From the NCBI GenBank assembly GCA_947259795.1, contig CAMYNJ010000083.1, positions 1-63,783 on the forward strand: a DNA stretch of 63,783 bases. Reading direction: 5' to 3'. Made by a program: the position numbers and the translations under genes. This DNA is from an uncultured Alphaproteobacteria bacterium. GTDB lineage: Bacteria; Pseudomonadota; Alphaproteobacteria; UBA8366; JADFVY01. Of the stretch, positions 32,003 to 41,811 are shown piece after piece (position 1 is the first letter of the stretch; each line of letters begins with the position of its first letter). The notes beneath the pieces were generated by a model. It saw only the letters and a program-made list of their open reading frames with translations, did not search any database and was not told the DNA's origin.

Positions 32003-33334
32003 CTACCCCGTCAGTCGGTCGTCGAACGGACAGTTCGTCAGATTCTCGAATCCGGTTTCGGTAATCAGCACCTGGTCCTCAAGCTTGACCCCGTCTTTGC
32101 CGCCGACCTCGCCGATATAGGCCTCGACGCAAAGCACCATGCCGGGCACCAGCACACCGTCATAGCCCTTGCTCTCCCAATCTTCCGGATATTTGATGGC
32201 CGGCCATTCGTCGCACAGCCCGACGCCGTGATACTTGGAGCCATACCGCTGCGGCACATATTCCGCCGGCAGCAGATGGCCGCCTTCGCTGAGTTCGCGG
32301 AAGCTCACGCCAGGTTTCAGAATCTCCATGTTCGCCATTATGTGCTGGTAGGCCACCGCATGCAGATGCCGCTGCGTATTGGTCGGGCGGCCGTCGCCAA
32401 TGAACCAGGTCCGCGAGATGTCGGCGCACATGCCGTAGCAGCCGATCATGTCGGTATCGAAGGCCAGCAGCTCGTTGTTCCCGATGATGCGCGGACCGCA
32501 TTCCTGGAACCAGGGGTTGGTGCGCGGACCGGACGACAGGATGCGGGTCTCGATCCACTCGCCGCCGCGCCGGATATTCTCCTTGTGCAGTTCCGCCCAG
32601 ACGTCGTTTTCGGTAACGCCTGGGGCCGCGGCTTCGCGCATCTTCGTGATCGACTGTTCGCAGGCCCACATGGCGCATCGCATCGCCCTGACCTCGTCCG
32701 GCCCCTTTATGGCGCGGGTTTTTTCGGCAACCTCCTCGCCCTCATGGACCTCGATGCCGAGCCGGTCGAGCGCCCGCAAACCCGCGATCTGGATTTTATC
32801 GACGGCGAGGCGCCGGTTGCCGCCTGTATGTTCGCGCATCAGCGCATCGATATCGGCGGCGAACAGCGCGGCCTTTTCATCCGTCCGGGCGCCGGTCGAG
32901 AAATAGAAAAAGGAACCGCCACCACGCACCTCCCCGACCAGCGGATTGTACTCCGAGAGATGCGGCAGCCCGCCATATTCCCACAGCACCATATGCCCGT
33001 CCGCCAGCAGCAGGCAGGCGCGAAACGGATTGTGCGCAGCCCAGAGCTGCATGTGGGTGGTATCCGTCGCATAGCGGACATTCATCGGGTCGTACATCAG
33101 CAGGCCGGCGAGGTCCCGTTCGACGATCGCCGCGGTCAGGCGCTCCCAGCGCAACCGGCGCATCGCCTGCAGGTCGGGGCATTCCAGTCCCGCCGCCGCC
33201 CATTCCTCGTAGGCCAGCGGTGTCGGGCCGATCTCGATGCGGTCGTTGTCGTCGGGCGTATTGTCCGGCTTGCGGCCCGGACGACGCGCCGGGTCGATCT
33301 TGCGCTTCGGAATCGAAAAAGGCGATGGCGGCAT
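32003..33334 (-). CDS. dddP: DMSP lyase DddP (M24 metallopeptidase fold)
   Basis: RKIDP..DNTPDDNDRIEIGPT, MQLW..HNPFRA, RRGGEWIETR..SGPRTNPWFQECG, FDTD, DISRTW, HGVGLCDEWP, KLEDQVLITE all match DddP as I recall it. Confidence 0.88.
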   Translation of the reverse strand: MPPSPFSIPKRKIDPARRPGRKPDNTPDDNDRIEIGPTPLAYEEWAAAGLECPDLQAMRRLRWERLTAAIVERDLAGLLMYDPMNVRYATDTTHMQLWAAHNPFRACLLLADGHMVLWEYGGLPHLSEYNPLVGEVRGGGSFFYFSTGARTDEKAALFAADIDALMREHTGGNRRLAVDKIQIAGLRALDRLGIEVHEGEEVAEKTRAIKGPDEVRAMRCAMWACEQSITKMREAAAPGVTENDVWAELHKENIRRGGEWIETRILSSGPRTNPWFQECGPRIIGNNELLAFDTDMIGCYGMCADISRTWFIGDGRPTNTQRHLHAVAYQHIMANMEILKPGVSFRELSEGGHLLPAEYVPQRYGSKYHGVGLCDEWPAIKYPEDWESKGYDGVLVPGMVLCVEAYIGEVGGKDGVKLEDQVLITETGFENLTNCPFDDRLTG

Positions 33335-33474
33335 GGCGCGTCTCCCCCTATGTCCTTCCACAACACTATCTTGGCCACAGTCGAGAATCCATCGATTCAC
33401 CGTACTGGCCAGGCAACCGGCCCACAGGTTAAGTTGGCGGACCTGACTTCAGCGTTCGAGAGGGAGGCTTGTTC

Positions 33475-33789
33475 ATGGCCAAGGGATACTGGATTGCCCG
33501 TGTGGATGTGTCGGATTCCGACGCATATCAAAAATACGTTCAGGCCAATGCCGCGGCATTTTCCAAATTCGGCGCACGCTTCATCGTCAGGGGCGGCGCG
33601 TTCGAGACGCGGGAAGGAACCTCACGGTCCCGCAATGTGGTCATCGAGTTCCCCGACTACCACACGGCGCTGGACTGTTACGACTCGGCCGAGTATCGGC
33701 AGGCCCTATCGTTTCGTGAAGGCGCCTCCACCGCCGATCTTGTCATCATCGAGGGATATGACGGGCCGCAGCCCGGTGATGGAAAATAG
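33475..33789 (+). CDS. DUF1330-family protein
   Basis: MAKGYWI, FIVRGG, RNVVIEFP, YDSAEY. Confidence 0.9.
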   Translation: MAKGYWIARVDVSDSDAYQKYVQANAAAFSKFGARFIVRGGAFETREGTSRSRNVVIEFPDYHTALDCYDSAEYRQALSFREGASTADLVIIEGYDGPQPGDGK

Positions 33790-33798
33790 CGCGTCCGG

Positions 33799-34776
33799 TC
33801 AGTAGCCGATCGCGACCTGGTAGAGGCCGTCGACGACCAGCGCCATGCGTTGGTAGTCCAATGTATCCGGCCTGTCCGTCGGCATATGGTAGTTCGGGTT
33901 TCGCAGGAAGGCGGTGTCGGTGACCATCAGGGCGGGCAGGTCGTTCTGCCAGAAGCTCCAGTGGTCGGAAAAATCGACGCCGGCGAGCGCCGCCGGCGCA
34001 TTGATGGAATGGACCGGAAGATCGCCGTTGACCGCCATCAGACTTTTCACGCGGGCGACGGACGACCGGTCGAATAGCCCGCCGACCACCCCGATGAAAT
34101 CCGCCCTGTCGGGATAGAGCCATTCCAGGAAACCCATGGGGTAAGCCTGAGAGCCGGGCTCATCCGAGAAATAACCGATCATCTCTACGCTGATCATCAG
34201 TTTCAGTTGCGCGCCGTCTTCCACGATATTTCTCGCATGGACATAACTGCCCATATTCTCGGAACGGAAGTGGGGCGGTTCCTCCAGCGTGAAGGCGACC
34301 AGATCCAGGCGATGTTCCAGCACCGGCTTTTCCGCACCGACCATGCGCGCCAGTTCGATCAGCCCGGCGACACCACTGGCATTGTCGTCCGCGCCCGGAT
34401 TGCCGTCGCCGGCCACATCGTAATGCGCACCGATCACCATACGCGGCGCGTCCTGTGGCCCGAACGAGCAGATGACGTTCCGGTATTCGACATGGTCGAC
34501 CGTGAATCCCTGCGCCCGCAGCGCACAGCCCGCCATCGCGAAGGAATCGGCGATATAGGTCGCTGCCCGGTCCAGCGAGCCCCGCTGCCGGCTGGTCCGC
34601 GCCGGCTCAATCTCTGCCAGATACCGCACATCCACCTCCAGCCGCCCCGAATCGGCAGTCGGCGCAGGGACGAATTCGGGCGTGACATAAACCGGGTTCG
34701 TCACCACCCAGCAGCCGCCGACCGTTAGCAGGACGGGGAGCAGCAGGAGGAATATCAGGTTTATTTTGCATGACAT
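33799..34776 (-). CDS. M28-family peptidase, probably a lipoprotein
   Basis: IGAHYD, PGADDNASG, TLEEPP, SDHWSF, NPNYH. Confidence 0.88.
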   Translation of the reverse strand: MSCKINLIFLLLLPVLLTVGGCWVVTNPVYVTPEFVPAPTADSGRLEVDVRYLAEIEPARTSRQRGSLDRAATYIADSFAMAGCALRAQGFTVDHVEYRNVICSFGPQDAPRMVIGAHYDVAGDGNPGADDNASGVAGLIELARMVGAEKPVLEHRLDLVAFTLEEPPHFRSENMGSYVHARNIVEDGAQLKLMISVEMIGYFSDEPGSQAYPMGFLEWLYPDRADFIGVVGGLFDRSSVARVKSLMAVNGDLPVHSINAPAALAGVDFSDHWSFWQNDLPALMVTDTAFLRNPNYHMPTDRPDTLDYQRMALVVDGLYQVAIGY

Positions 34777-34869
34777 GCGTTTGTGCCGCGAGAGCAGTTT
34801 CCCGAAAGCCGCAGGGCGGCAAGTCTAGAACATGATCCATCGAAATGGAATCGAGGACGAGAGGCCCCC

Positions 34870-35949
34870 TCAAAACATGTTTAGCTGGTCCCCCGCCCTT
34901 GGCGGCCGGCGGAAGCGGGATTCGTCCACCGGCGGGTGGCCGCGATGCAGGCCGTGGCGGCGGCTGGCGAGGCGGAAGCGCTGGGCGATATGCTCAGCGT
35001 AGGGGCCGTCGCCGGTCTGGCGCTTGCCCCACTCGGTCTGGTACAGCGCGCCGCCCCTTGTCTGGCGCACCAGGCTCATCACGCGGGCGGCGCGGTCCGG
35101 ATAGTTGGCGGCCAGCCAGTCTGCAAACAGCTCCTTGATCTCATGCGGCAGGCGCAGCAGCACATAGCCCGCCGCCCCTGCGCCGGCCTCGGCCGCGGCC
35201 TCCAGAATTTTCTCGATCTCGTGATCGTTGAGCGCGGGCAGGATCGGCGCAGCCAAAACCGTCACCGGCACGCCGGCCGCTGCCAGCCCGCGGATCGCCT
35301 CCAGCCGCCGGGCCGGGGTCGGTGCGCGGGGCTCCATGCGCCGGGCCAACGCGCGGTCCAGCGTGGTTACCGAGACCGCCACCCGCAGAATCCCTTCGGC
35401 CGCCATTGGGGCGAGAATGTCCAGGTCGCGCAGGATCAGGTTCGATTTGGTGACGATGCCGACCGGGTGGCGGTAATCGGCCAGCACCTCCAGGATCCGC
35501 CGGGTCAGTTTCCGGTCCCGCTCGATGGGCTGGTAAGGGTCGGTATTGGCGCCAAGCACGAGGGTCGCAGCGCGATATTTCGGGTCGCGCAGCTCGGCCT
35601 CCAGCAAGACCGCCGCGTCCGGCTTCCAGTAAAGCTTGGTCTCGAAATCCAGCCCCGGCGAGTGGCCCAGATAGGCATGCGTCGGCCGTGCGAAGCAATA
35701 GATGCAGCCATGCTCGCAGCCCTTGTAGGGATTGATAGACCGGTCGAAGGGGATGTCCGGCGACTGGTTGCGTGTGATGATCTTGCGCGCGCTGTCGACG
35801 CCCAGCGTTGTGCGCAGCGGCCTCGGTTCCTCGTCGCCCAGCCCCCAGCCGTCGTCGGTCGCGACCCGAACCTCCGGCTCGAACCGCCCGGTCGGGTTCC
35901 CCACCGCCGCGCGCCCCTTGCGCAACCTGTCCGCCAGAGTTTCGTCCAT
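34870..35949 (-). CDS. PA0069/Rv2578c-family radical SAM protein (SPL-like)
   Basis: SPDIPFDRSINPYKGCEHGCIYCFARP, NTDPYQP, EPRAP, C-terminal QLNMF. Confidence 0.92.
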   Translation of the reverse strand: MDETLADRLRKGRAAVGNPTGRFEPEVRVATDDGWGLGDEEPRPLRTTLGVDSARKIITRNQSPDIPFDRSINPYKGCEHGCIYCFARPTHAYLGHSPGLDFETKLYWKPDAAVLLEAELRDPKYRAATLVLGANTDPYQPIERDRKLTRRILEVLADYRHPVGIVTKSNLILRDLDILAPMAAEGILRVAVSVTTLDRALARRMEPRAPTPARRLEAIRGLAAAGVPVTVLAAPILPALNDHEIEKILEAAAEAGAGAAGYVLLRLPHEIKELFADWLAANYPDRAARVMSLVRQTRGGALYQTEWGKRQTGDGPYAEHIAQRFRLASRRHGLHRGHPPVDESRFRRPPRAGDQLNMF

Positions 35950-35963
35950 GCGGCCAGCATAAA

Positions 35964-35978
35964 GAACAAAAAGCGAAC
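35964..35978. promoter_or_regulatory. Alphaproteobacterial LexA (SOS) box
   Basis: GAAC-AAAAAGC-GAAC (GTTC-N7-GTTC on the coding strand), 15 nt upstream of the radical SAM ATG. Confidence 0.8.
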
Positions 35979-36043
35979 AATCAATCGGCAATATCCCCAT
36001 TATGGGTCATCGTCCGCTGGCCCGCCCATTCCGCGAATTTCCG

Positions 36044-39000
36044 CTACCGGCCATCGGAGAGCAGGCCGACATCCTCAAGAATGACGAAAAACGCGGGGAC
36101 CAGGAACAGCGACGAGACCGTTGCCGTCAAAAGCCCGAACGCCAGGCTGGCCACCAGCGGAATCAGGAGCTGAGCCTGGGTGCTGGTTTCGGTGAGCATC
36201 GGCAACAACCCCGCAATGGTGGTCAGCGACGTCAGCATGATCGGGCGGAAGCGTTCGCGCGCCGCCTGCTGGGCGGCCTCGGCGACGTCCGCCCCTTCCT
36301 TCAGACGATCCTTCAGGAATCTCACAAGCAGGATATTGTCGTTCACCACCACGCCGGCCAGGGTGGCGAAACCGACCAGGCTGGGCATGGTGAGATCGAG
36401 GCCCAGTGCGAGATGCCCCCATGCCACGCCGATCAGCCCCATCGGGATCGCCAGAATCACGGCGAATGGCTGCACGTAATTACGAAACTGGAATGCGAGG
36501 ATCAGGAAGATGCCCGCCAGCCCGATCAGCAAGTTGGTCTGCAGGGAATTGCCGGTGTCGGCGGTATCCTTGTCCTGCCCCTGGGACGAGAACCGGAGGC
36601 CCGGATACTTTTCCTTGAGTCGGGGCATGAAGTGCTTCTTCAGCGCCGCCATAATTTCCCGCGCGTTGGCAACGTTGGTGTCGAGCGTGCCTTGTACGGT
36701 GACCGTGCGCTGGCCGTTGACACGGTGAATGCGGGCGAAGCCGCGCGTTTCCTCGATCTCTGCCACGGCGCTGAGCGGTATCAAACTGCCGTCGGCAGCG
36801 CGGATTTTCAAATAACGCAGGTCATCCACACTATTGCGATCGGGGTCCGCAAGGCGGACGGTGACGTCATAAGCCTCGGTGTTGAACAGAACCTCCATCC
36901 CGGTGCCGCCGTGCAACGCCGCGCGGGCCTCGTTGCCCACGGTGCGAGCGGTCATGCCGAAAATGCCCGCGGACTCTTTCATATGGAGTCGCAGTTCGGG
37001 CTTGCCCGGGCGAAGGTCGTCGGACAAATCCGTCACCCCGCGAAAACGCGAAAGATAGGCTTGCAAGTCGAGGGACGCCTGCTTCAGCGTCTCCAGCCCG
37101 CCACCCTGAAGGCGCAGGTCGATGGCCTTGCCCGCGACTCCGCGCTCCTTGTCGGTGAATTTCAGGGAGATGACGTCGGGCACGCCGCCCACCAATTCGC
37201 GCCAGCGGCCAAGCATCTCGTCAACGGTGCCGATGCGTTCTTCCGCGCGCAGCAGATCGGCGCTGACCGTGGCCAGATGCGGTCCGCTTTCGAATGCGCC
37301 GACATTGGTGTTGAACAGTACCGAGACGTTTTTCACCAACCGCTTGCCACCGGACTGCCGGGCGGAAAGTTCCTCATCCAGCTGGTGCAGCGCCTCGACT
37401 GCCCGGGCAACAACTTCCTCCGTGCGGGCCAGAGGCGTGCCCTGGGGCAGCAGAATGCGCATCTGGATCACATCGCTTTCCAGATTGGGGAAAGCCTGGT
37501 ATTTGAGCAAACCCGCCGGGATGGTCGCATAGGACGCCATCACCAAGCCGATCATGACGCCGAGGGACAGATACGGCTGACGAGTGACTTTGCCGACCAG
37601 GGGGATGAAAAATCCATCGCGCAAGCGCTCGAACCGCGCATCGAACCATGCCTGAACGCCCTTGCGTTCGGCGGTCTCCATTTTTTTCATGGAGTGGCGC
37701 AGATGCGCCGGCAGGATCAGAAACGCCTCGATCAGGCTGATGCTCAACGTAATCAGTAACACCGCGGGCAGGAATTTCAGCACCGCGCCCATCTTGCCGG
37801 ACAGAAACGCCAACGGCCCGACCACCATGGCCGTGGTCAGGAACGACGACAATACGCCCGGCATCACCTGGCGCGTTCCGTCGACGGCCGCGTCCAGCGC
37901 CTTCTTCCCGCGGCGCAGATGAGCGGCGACATTTTCGGAAATGACGATGGCGTCATCCATCAACAGGCCGATCGCGACCAGAAGCCCTACCATGGTTATC
38001 ATGTTGAGCGAGTAGCCCAGGGCGTTCATGGCGAACACCGCCCCCAGAAAGGACACAGGCAGGCCCATGGTGACCCAGAAGCTGAAACGAAACGAGAAGA
38101 ACAGCCACATGGTCAAAAACACCAGGACCAGGCCTAGCGCACCGTTGCTGGCCAGAATGCGCAGGCGGTCGCGGATGTTGGTGGTGACGTCGGTGCTGAT
38201 CTCCAAGCTTATGCCACGCGGTGCAAATTCACGCTCGCGGATCAGGTTCTCCTCGATGGCGTCCATGACGCGCAAACTGTCCTGATTGTAGGTTTTGGAG
38301 ATTTCCAGAAGCGCGGCGCGCCGGCCGTTGAACAGAATCCTGTCTTCCGGCCGGTCGAAGATTGTACGGACATCGGCAATGTCGCCCAGACGGATTCGCC
38401 CGCCGGTCTTGCCGGATACGATAATCAGATTGTCGAATTCCCCCGGCGTGCGGCGCTGCTCGTCGAATCGCACGATCAGGTCGCCGTCGGGGGTTTGCAT
38501 CGTGCCCGAGGGCATGTCGACGCTCTGGCGCTCGATGGCAGCCTGAATGTCTGAGACGCCGAGGCCATAGCGTTGCAAGGCCTCCGCCGGAAACTCGATG
38601 GCGATGTCCTGATCGGAAAAGCCCTGGATGCGCACCTGCGCTATTCGCAAATCGCGCTTGAGACGCTCCTTGACCTTGTCCGCATAGGCTTTCAGTCCCT
38701 CCGCGGACATATCGCCCGTGATGGCGATGCTGGCGACCGTGGCGGTACGTTCAAGCTTCACGATTGACGGCTTTTCGACCTTGGCGGGGAATGAGGCGAT
38801 GGCCTCTACCTGCGCCTTCACGTCTTCGAAAAATTCGACCATGTCGGCGCCGTCACGCATTTGGGCGGTAAAAATAGCGATGCTTTCGCGGGCTTCGCAG
38901 CGCATCTCGATCAGGCCGGCGACGCTGTCGAGAGCGTCCTCGATGCGCAGGCAGACGGCGTCCTCGATCACATCCGGGGTCGCGCCCGGATAGCTGGCGC

Positions 39001-39136
39001 GGATCTCCACCTCGGTCGGCGGGATCACAGGGAAGGTGTCGCGCTGCAAGTTAGGCAGCGCGGCCAGCCCCAGTACCGCCACGGCGATCATCAACACGTT
39101 TGCCGCGGTGGGGTGGCTTCCGAAATAGCGGATCAC
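36044..39136 (-). CDS. RND efflux permease (AcrB/AcrD/AcrF family)
   Basis: 1030 aa; YPGATP, IGLLMDDAIVISEN, RFRPIMLTSLTT, two large periplasmic loops. Confidence 0.93.
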   Translation of the reverse strand: MIRYFGSHPTAANVLMIAVAVLGLAALPNLQRDTFPVIPPTEVEIRASYPGATPDVIEDAVCLRIEDALDSVAGLIEMRCEARESIAIFTAQMRDGADMVEFFEDVKAQVEAIASFPAKVEKPSIVKLERTATVASIAITGDMSAEGLKAYADKVKERLKRDLRIAQVRIQGFSDQDIAIEFPAEALQRYGLGVSDIQAAIERQSVDMPSGTMQTPDGDLIVRFDEQRRTPGEFDNLIIVSGKTGGRIRLGDIADVRTIFDRPEDRILFNGRRAALLEISKTYNQDSLRVMDAIEENLIREREFAPRGISLEISTDVTTNIRDRLRILASNGALGLVLVFLTMWLFFSFRFSFWVTMGLPVSFLGAVFAMNALGYSLNMITMVGLLVAIGLLMDDAIVISENVAAHLRRGKKALDAAVDGTRQVMPGVLSSFLTTAMVVGPLAFLSGKMGAVLKFLPAVLLITLSISLIEAFLILPAHLRHSMKKMETAERKGVQAWFDARFERLRDGFFIPLVGKVTRQPYLSLGVMIGLVMASYATIPAGLLKYQAFPNLESDVIQMRILLPQGTPLARTEEVVARAVEALHQLDEELSARQSGGKRLVKNVSVLFNTNVGAFESGPHLATVSADLLRAEERIGTVDEMLGRWRELVGGVPDVISLKFTDKERGVAGKAIDLRLQGGGLETLKQASLDLQAYLSRFRGVTDLSDDLRPGKPELRLHMKESAGIFGMTARTVGNEARAALHGGTGMEVLFNTEAYDVTVRLADPDRNSVDDLRYLKIRAADGSLIPLSAVAEIEETRGFARIHRVNGQRTVTVQGTLDTNVANAREIMAALKKHFMPRLKEKYPGLRFSSQGQDKDTADTGNSLQTNLLIGLAGIFLILAFQFRNYVQPFAVILAIPMGLIGVAWGHLALGLDLTMPSLVGFATLAGVVVNDNILLVRFLKDRLKEGADVAEAAQQAARERFRPIMLTSLTTIAGLLPMLTETSTQAQLLIPLVASLAFGLLTATVSSLFLVPAFFVILEDVGLLSDGR

Positions 39137-40461
39137 TGTCGTGGCTCCTTGCCCGTCGCTTCGATGACCATGCGTTTCTTGGTTTTCTTGTCATCCTGGG
39201 GATCGAGCAGCATTCCATCGATGGCGCTCGGAAGGTCGGATGTCACGATGCGCTCGCCGGGTTTCACTCCTTCTTTCAGTACCGCATAGCCTCCCAGCGT
39301 GAAGCCGATCTCGACCTTTCGCGTCTCCAGGCGGTTGTCTTCGTTCACCACGTAAATCCGGCCTCGGTGAAGCGACGAAAGCGGCACTACAATCTGATTT
39401 TTCATGGGGCCAGACTTCAGCTCCACTTCGACAAAGGTATTGCGGTACAATGGGGGACGCTTTCCCGGTTGCGCCAAATCCGCGGGACGGTCTATGGCGA
39501 CCACCACGCCGAGGCTTTGCGTCTGCGGATCGATAATGCCGGATACCCGCGCGATCCGCGCGGGCCACTCCACGACGTGAGTGGCCGTGCGCAGGCGCAC
39601 CATGGCGCTTAGCCCCATGACGCCAATTCTTGCGGCGCTTTCATTTTCCCGGACCACTGCCCCGATGAGCGGGCGCAGGGCCCCGACTGGAAACTGCGCC
39701 TCGATCTCGGCCACGTCCAGGCCATCCGCAGTAAATAGTAACTGACCCTTGTTGGCATACTGGGCCAAGCCAATCCTTACATCGGTCACGCGTGCATCGA
39801 AGGGTGCAACGACATGGGTGCGTTCCAGGTCGAGTTCGGCGCTGGCTTTTTGCGCAAGGAGAACCTGACGTTCGACCCTGTTGAGTTCGATGGCATTTTT
39901 CAGGTTTTGCACCTGCGCCTCACCGTTGAGCATTTGCAGTTCGGCCGCCTCGACGGCGGATTTCGAAACCGCTCCTTTGGCCACAAGACCCTTCTTGCGC
40001 GCGTGATCGTCCCGCAGGAGCTTGAATTCCTTTTCGGCGATGGCAAGGCTGATGCCGGTGGTTTTGGCCTTGACGTCCGAGGCCTGCAACTGTGCTTCGA
40101 TCTGCGCCAGGGCGAGACGATAATTGACGTCCTCGATCTGCAGCATCTCCTCGCCCGCCGAAACCGTGCGCCCGTTCTTCAGGTCTTTCGAGACCCACGC
40201 CACCTGACCTGCGACCTCGGCCACCGCTTCCCAGGTGCGCGCGGGACGGACGGTACCGTAGCCAACCGCGCGCGGCGCCACCGCCAACTGGGAAACCGTC
40301 ATGACGCGGACCTTGGTGGCGCGCTCAACGGGACCCGTCGTTTGCGGGCCGCTTTTTATCTGCGGGGAGAAGAAGATCGCCGCCGCCCCGATCATGATCG
40401 GCGGAAGAATCAACAGTCTTCGGCTCCATATTCGATTGAAAAAGCCTTTGCCCGCATTCAT
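39133..40461 (-). CDS. RND periplasmic adaptor (MFP)
   Basis: TM anchor, AEVAGQV, coiled hairpin, LERTHVVAPFDA; overlaps the permease start. Confidence 0.9.
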   Translation of the reverse strand: MNAGKGFFNRIWSRRLLILPPIMIGAAAIFFSPQIKSGPQTTGPVERATKVRVMTVSQLAVAPRAVGYGTVRPARTWEAVAEVAGQVAWVSKDLKNGRTVSAGEEMLQIEDVNYRLALAQIEAQLQASDVKAKTTGISLAIAEKEFKLLRDDHARKKGLVAKGAVSKSAVEAAELQMLNGEAQVQNLKNAIELNRVERQVLLAQKASAELDLERTHVVAPFDARVTDVRIGLAQYANKGQLLFTADGLDVAEIEAQFPVGALRPLIGAVVRENESAARIGVMGLSAMVRLRTATHVVEWPARIARVSGIIDPQTQSLGVVVAIDRPADLAQPGKRPPLYRNTFVEVELKSGPMKNQIVVPLSSLHRGRIYVVNEDNRLETRKVEIGFTLGGYAVLKEGVKPGERIVTSDLPSAIDGMLLDPQDDKKTKKRMVIEATGKEPRQ

Positions 40462-40511
40462 TGAAACAATCTCGAAATTGCTGATGGACACCGCTTGAGA
40501 ACGATCGGGAT

Positions 40512-40527
40512 GTTAACGAATTATTAA
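40512..40527 (-). promoter_or_regulatory. Consensus CtrA box upstream of the RND operon
   Basis: Minus strand TTAA-TAATTCG-TTAAC. Confidence 0.7.
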
Positions 40528-40542
40528 TTTCGGGTAATTGCT

Positions 40543-41658
40543 CTAGGTCAAGAGCCGTCGTGAAGCCATCGGGTTTTCGAAATTCGCCGCCAACCCGCCC
40601 GGGTTCCGCCATTCGGCCCGGATGCGCTCCACGGTGGCGGCGGTCAGGTAGTCGCGGGTGCGGGACTCGACATGGGCGATGAGGGCGGCGTCGCGATTTT
40701 CGGCCGACCAGTCCTCGGTCGCCGCGGCGGCATGCTTGGCCTCGACCCGCTGCTTGCGTGACTGCACCCGCCACATCGCCGACCAGGTGGTGGAGCGCAG
40801 CCAGGTCATGCGGCGTAGCGGCATCAGCCAGGGCTGCAACTGATGCGCCAGCGGGGCCGGGATGGCGCCGAGATAATGGCGGTAGAAACCGGCCACGTCG
40901 GCGGGCGCGATCTCAACGCCCGAGTCCACGTCCCAGGTAGTCGAGGTATAGAGCGTGCAATGGGCCAGATCGATGGCCGGCGCGCCATAGAGCGCCTTTT
41001 CCAAGTCGACGATGAAGGCGCGGCCGTCGGCGCGTACCACGTAATTGCCGGGGTGGGTATCGGTGGCGACCAGAGTGACCGGTTGCGGCTTGCCGACACT
41101 TTCCCCGGCGAACCGGCGGGCCCATTCGATCTCTTCCCCGATCATGCGCCGGGCGTCCCGGTCAGCGCAGCCCTCTTCCAGGAAACCGGTCTGTTCCTCG
41201 ATGAAATTCAAGGCGCCGGCCACGGGGTCCATATGGTTGGCCAGCGGCGGGCGATATTCGGGATCCGGCACCGGCAGGTTGTGGATCGAGGCCAGGCATT
41301 CCGCCAGCGCCGGCAGGTCGGCGGGCAGCCGCGCCGGGCGGCCCTCGATACAATCAACGATCAGCGCGCCCATCGGCAGGTCCTCGCTCGGCTCGATCAC
41401 GCCATGCGGCCTCGGCGCATGGCCGCCCGCGGCGCAGCGGGCGAAGCCGGCGAGCTGGTACTCCAGGTTCTCGCGCGCGGCCAGGGCGAACTGGCTCTGG
41501 CGCGGCACCCGTAGCAGCGCGCCGGTATCGCGGATGATCACATGGTCATGCGCCAGCCCCTTCTGCTTCATCGGCTCCAGCGCATCGCGCGGAACCGTCT
41601 CGAAGCCGGGGCGGGTAACAAGTGCGGCATGCAGACTATCGAGGTCTTGCGGGGTCAT
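40543..41658 (-). CDS. APH/choline-kinase-fold phosphotransferase
   Basis: GLAHDH loop, LLRVPR, LAxIH, ATDTHPGN catalytic loop, VDLEK, DLAH. Confidence 0.8.
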   Translation of the reverse strand: MTPQDLDSLHAALVTRPGFETVPRDALEPMKQKGLAHDHVIIRDTGALLRVPRQSQFALAARENLEYQLAGFARCAAGGHAPRPHGVIEPSEDLPMGALIVDCIEGRPARLPADLPALAECLASIHNLPVPDPEYRPPLANHMDPVAGALNFIEEQTGFLEEGCADRDARRMIGEEIEWARRFAGESVGKPQPVTLVATDTHPGNYVVRADGRAFIVDLEKALYGAPAIDLAHCTLYTSTTWDVDSGVEIAPADVAGFYRHYLGAIPAPLAHQLQPWLMPLRRMTWLRSTTWSAMWRVQSRKQRVEAKHAAAATEDWSAENRDAALIAHVESRTRDYLTAATVERIRAEWRNPGGLAANFENPMASRRLLT

Positions 41659-41811
41659 CGGTCCAGGCGCTGGCGAAAGGGTGGCGCATTGATAGTGCCG
41701 CAATCCCTCCAAGGGCAAGTTAGTAAAGTTCGAATTACGCTGGATCGCGCCTGGGCTGTGGCTTCCGCCCCTGTTGGGCTGGCCGCTGTTGCCGTGCTAA
41801 ACAGTGGCGCC

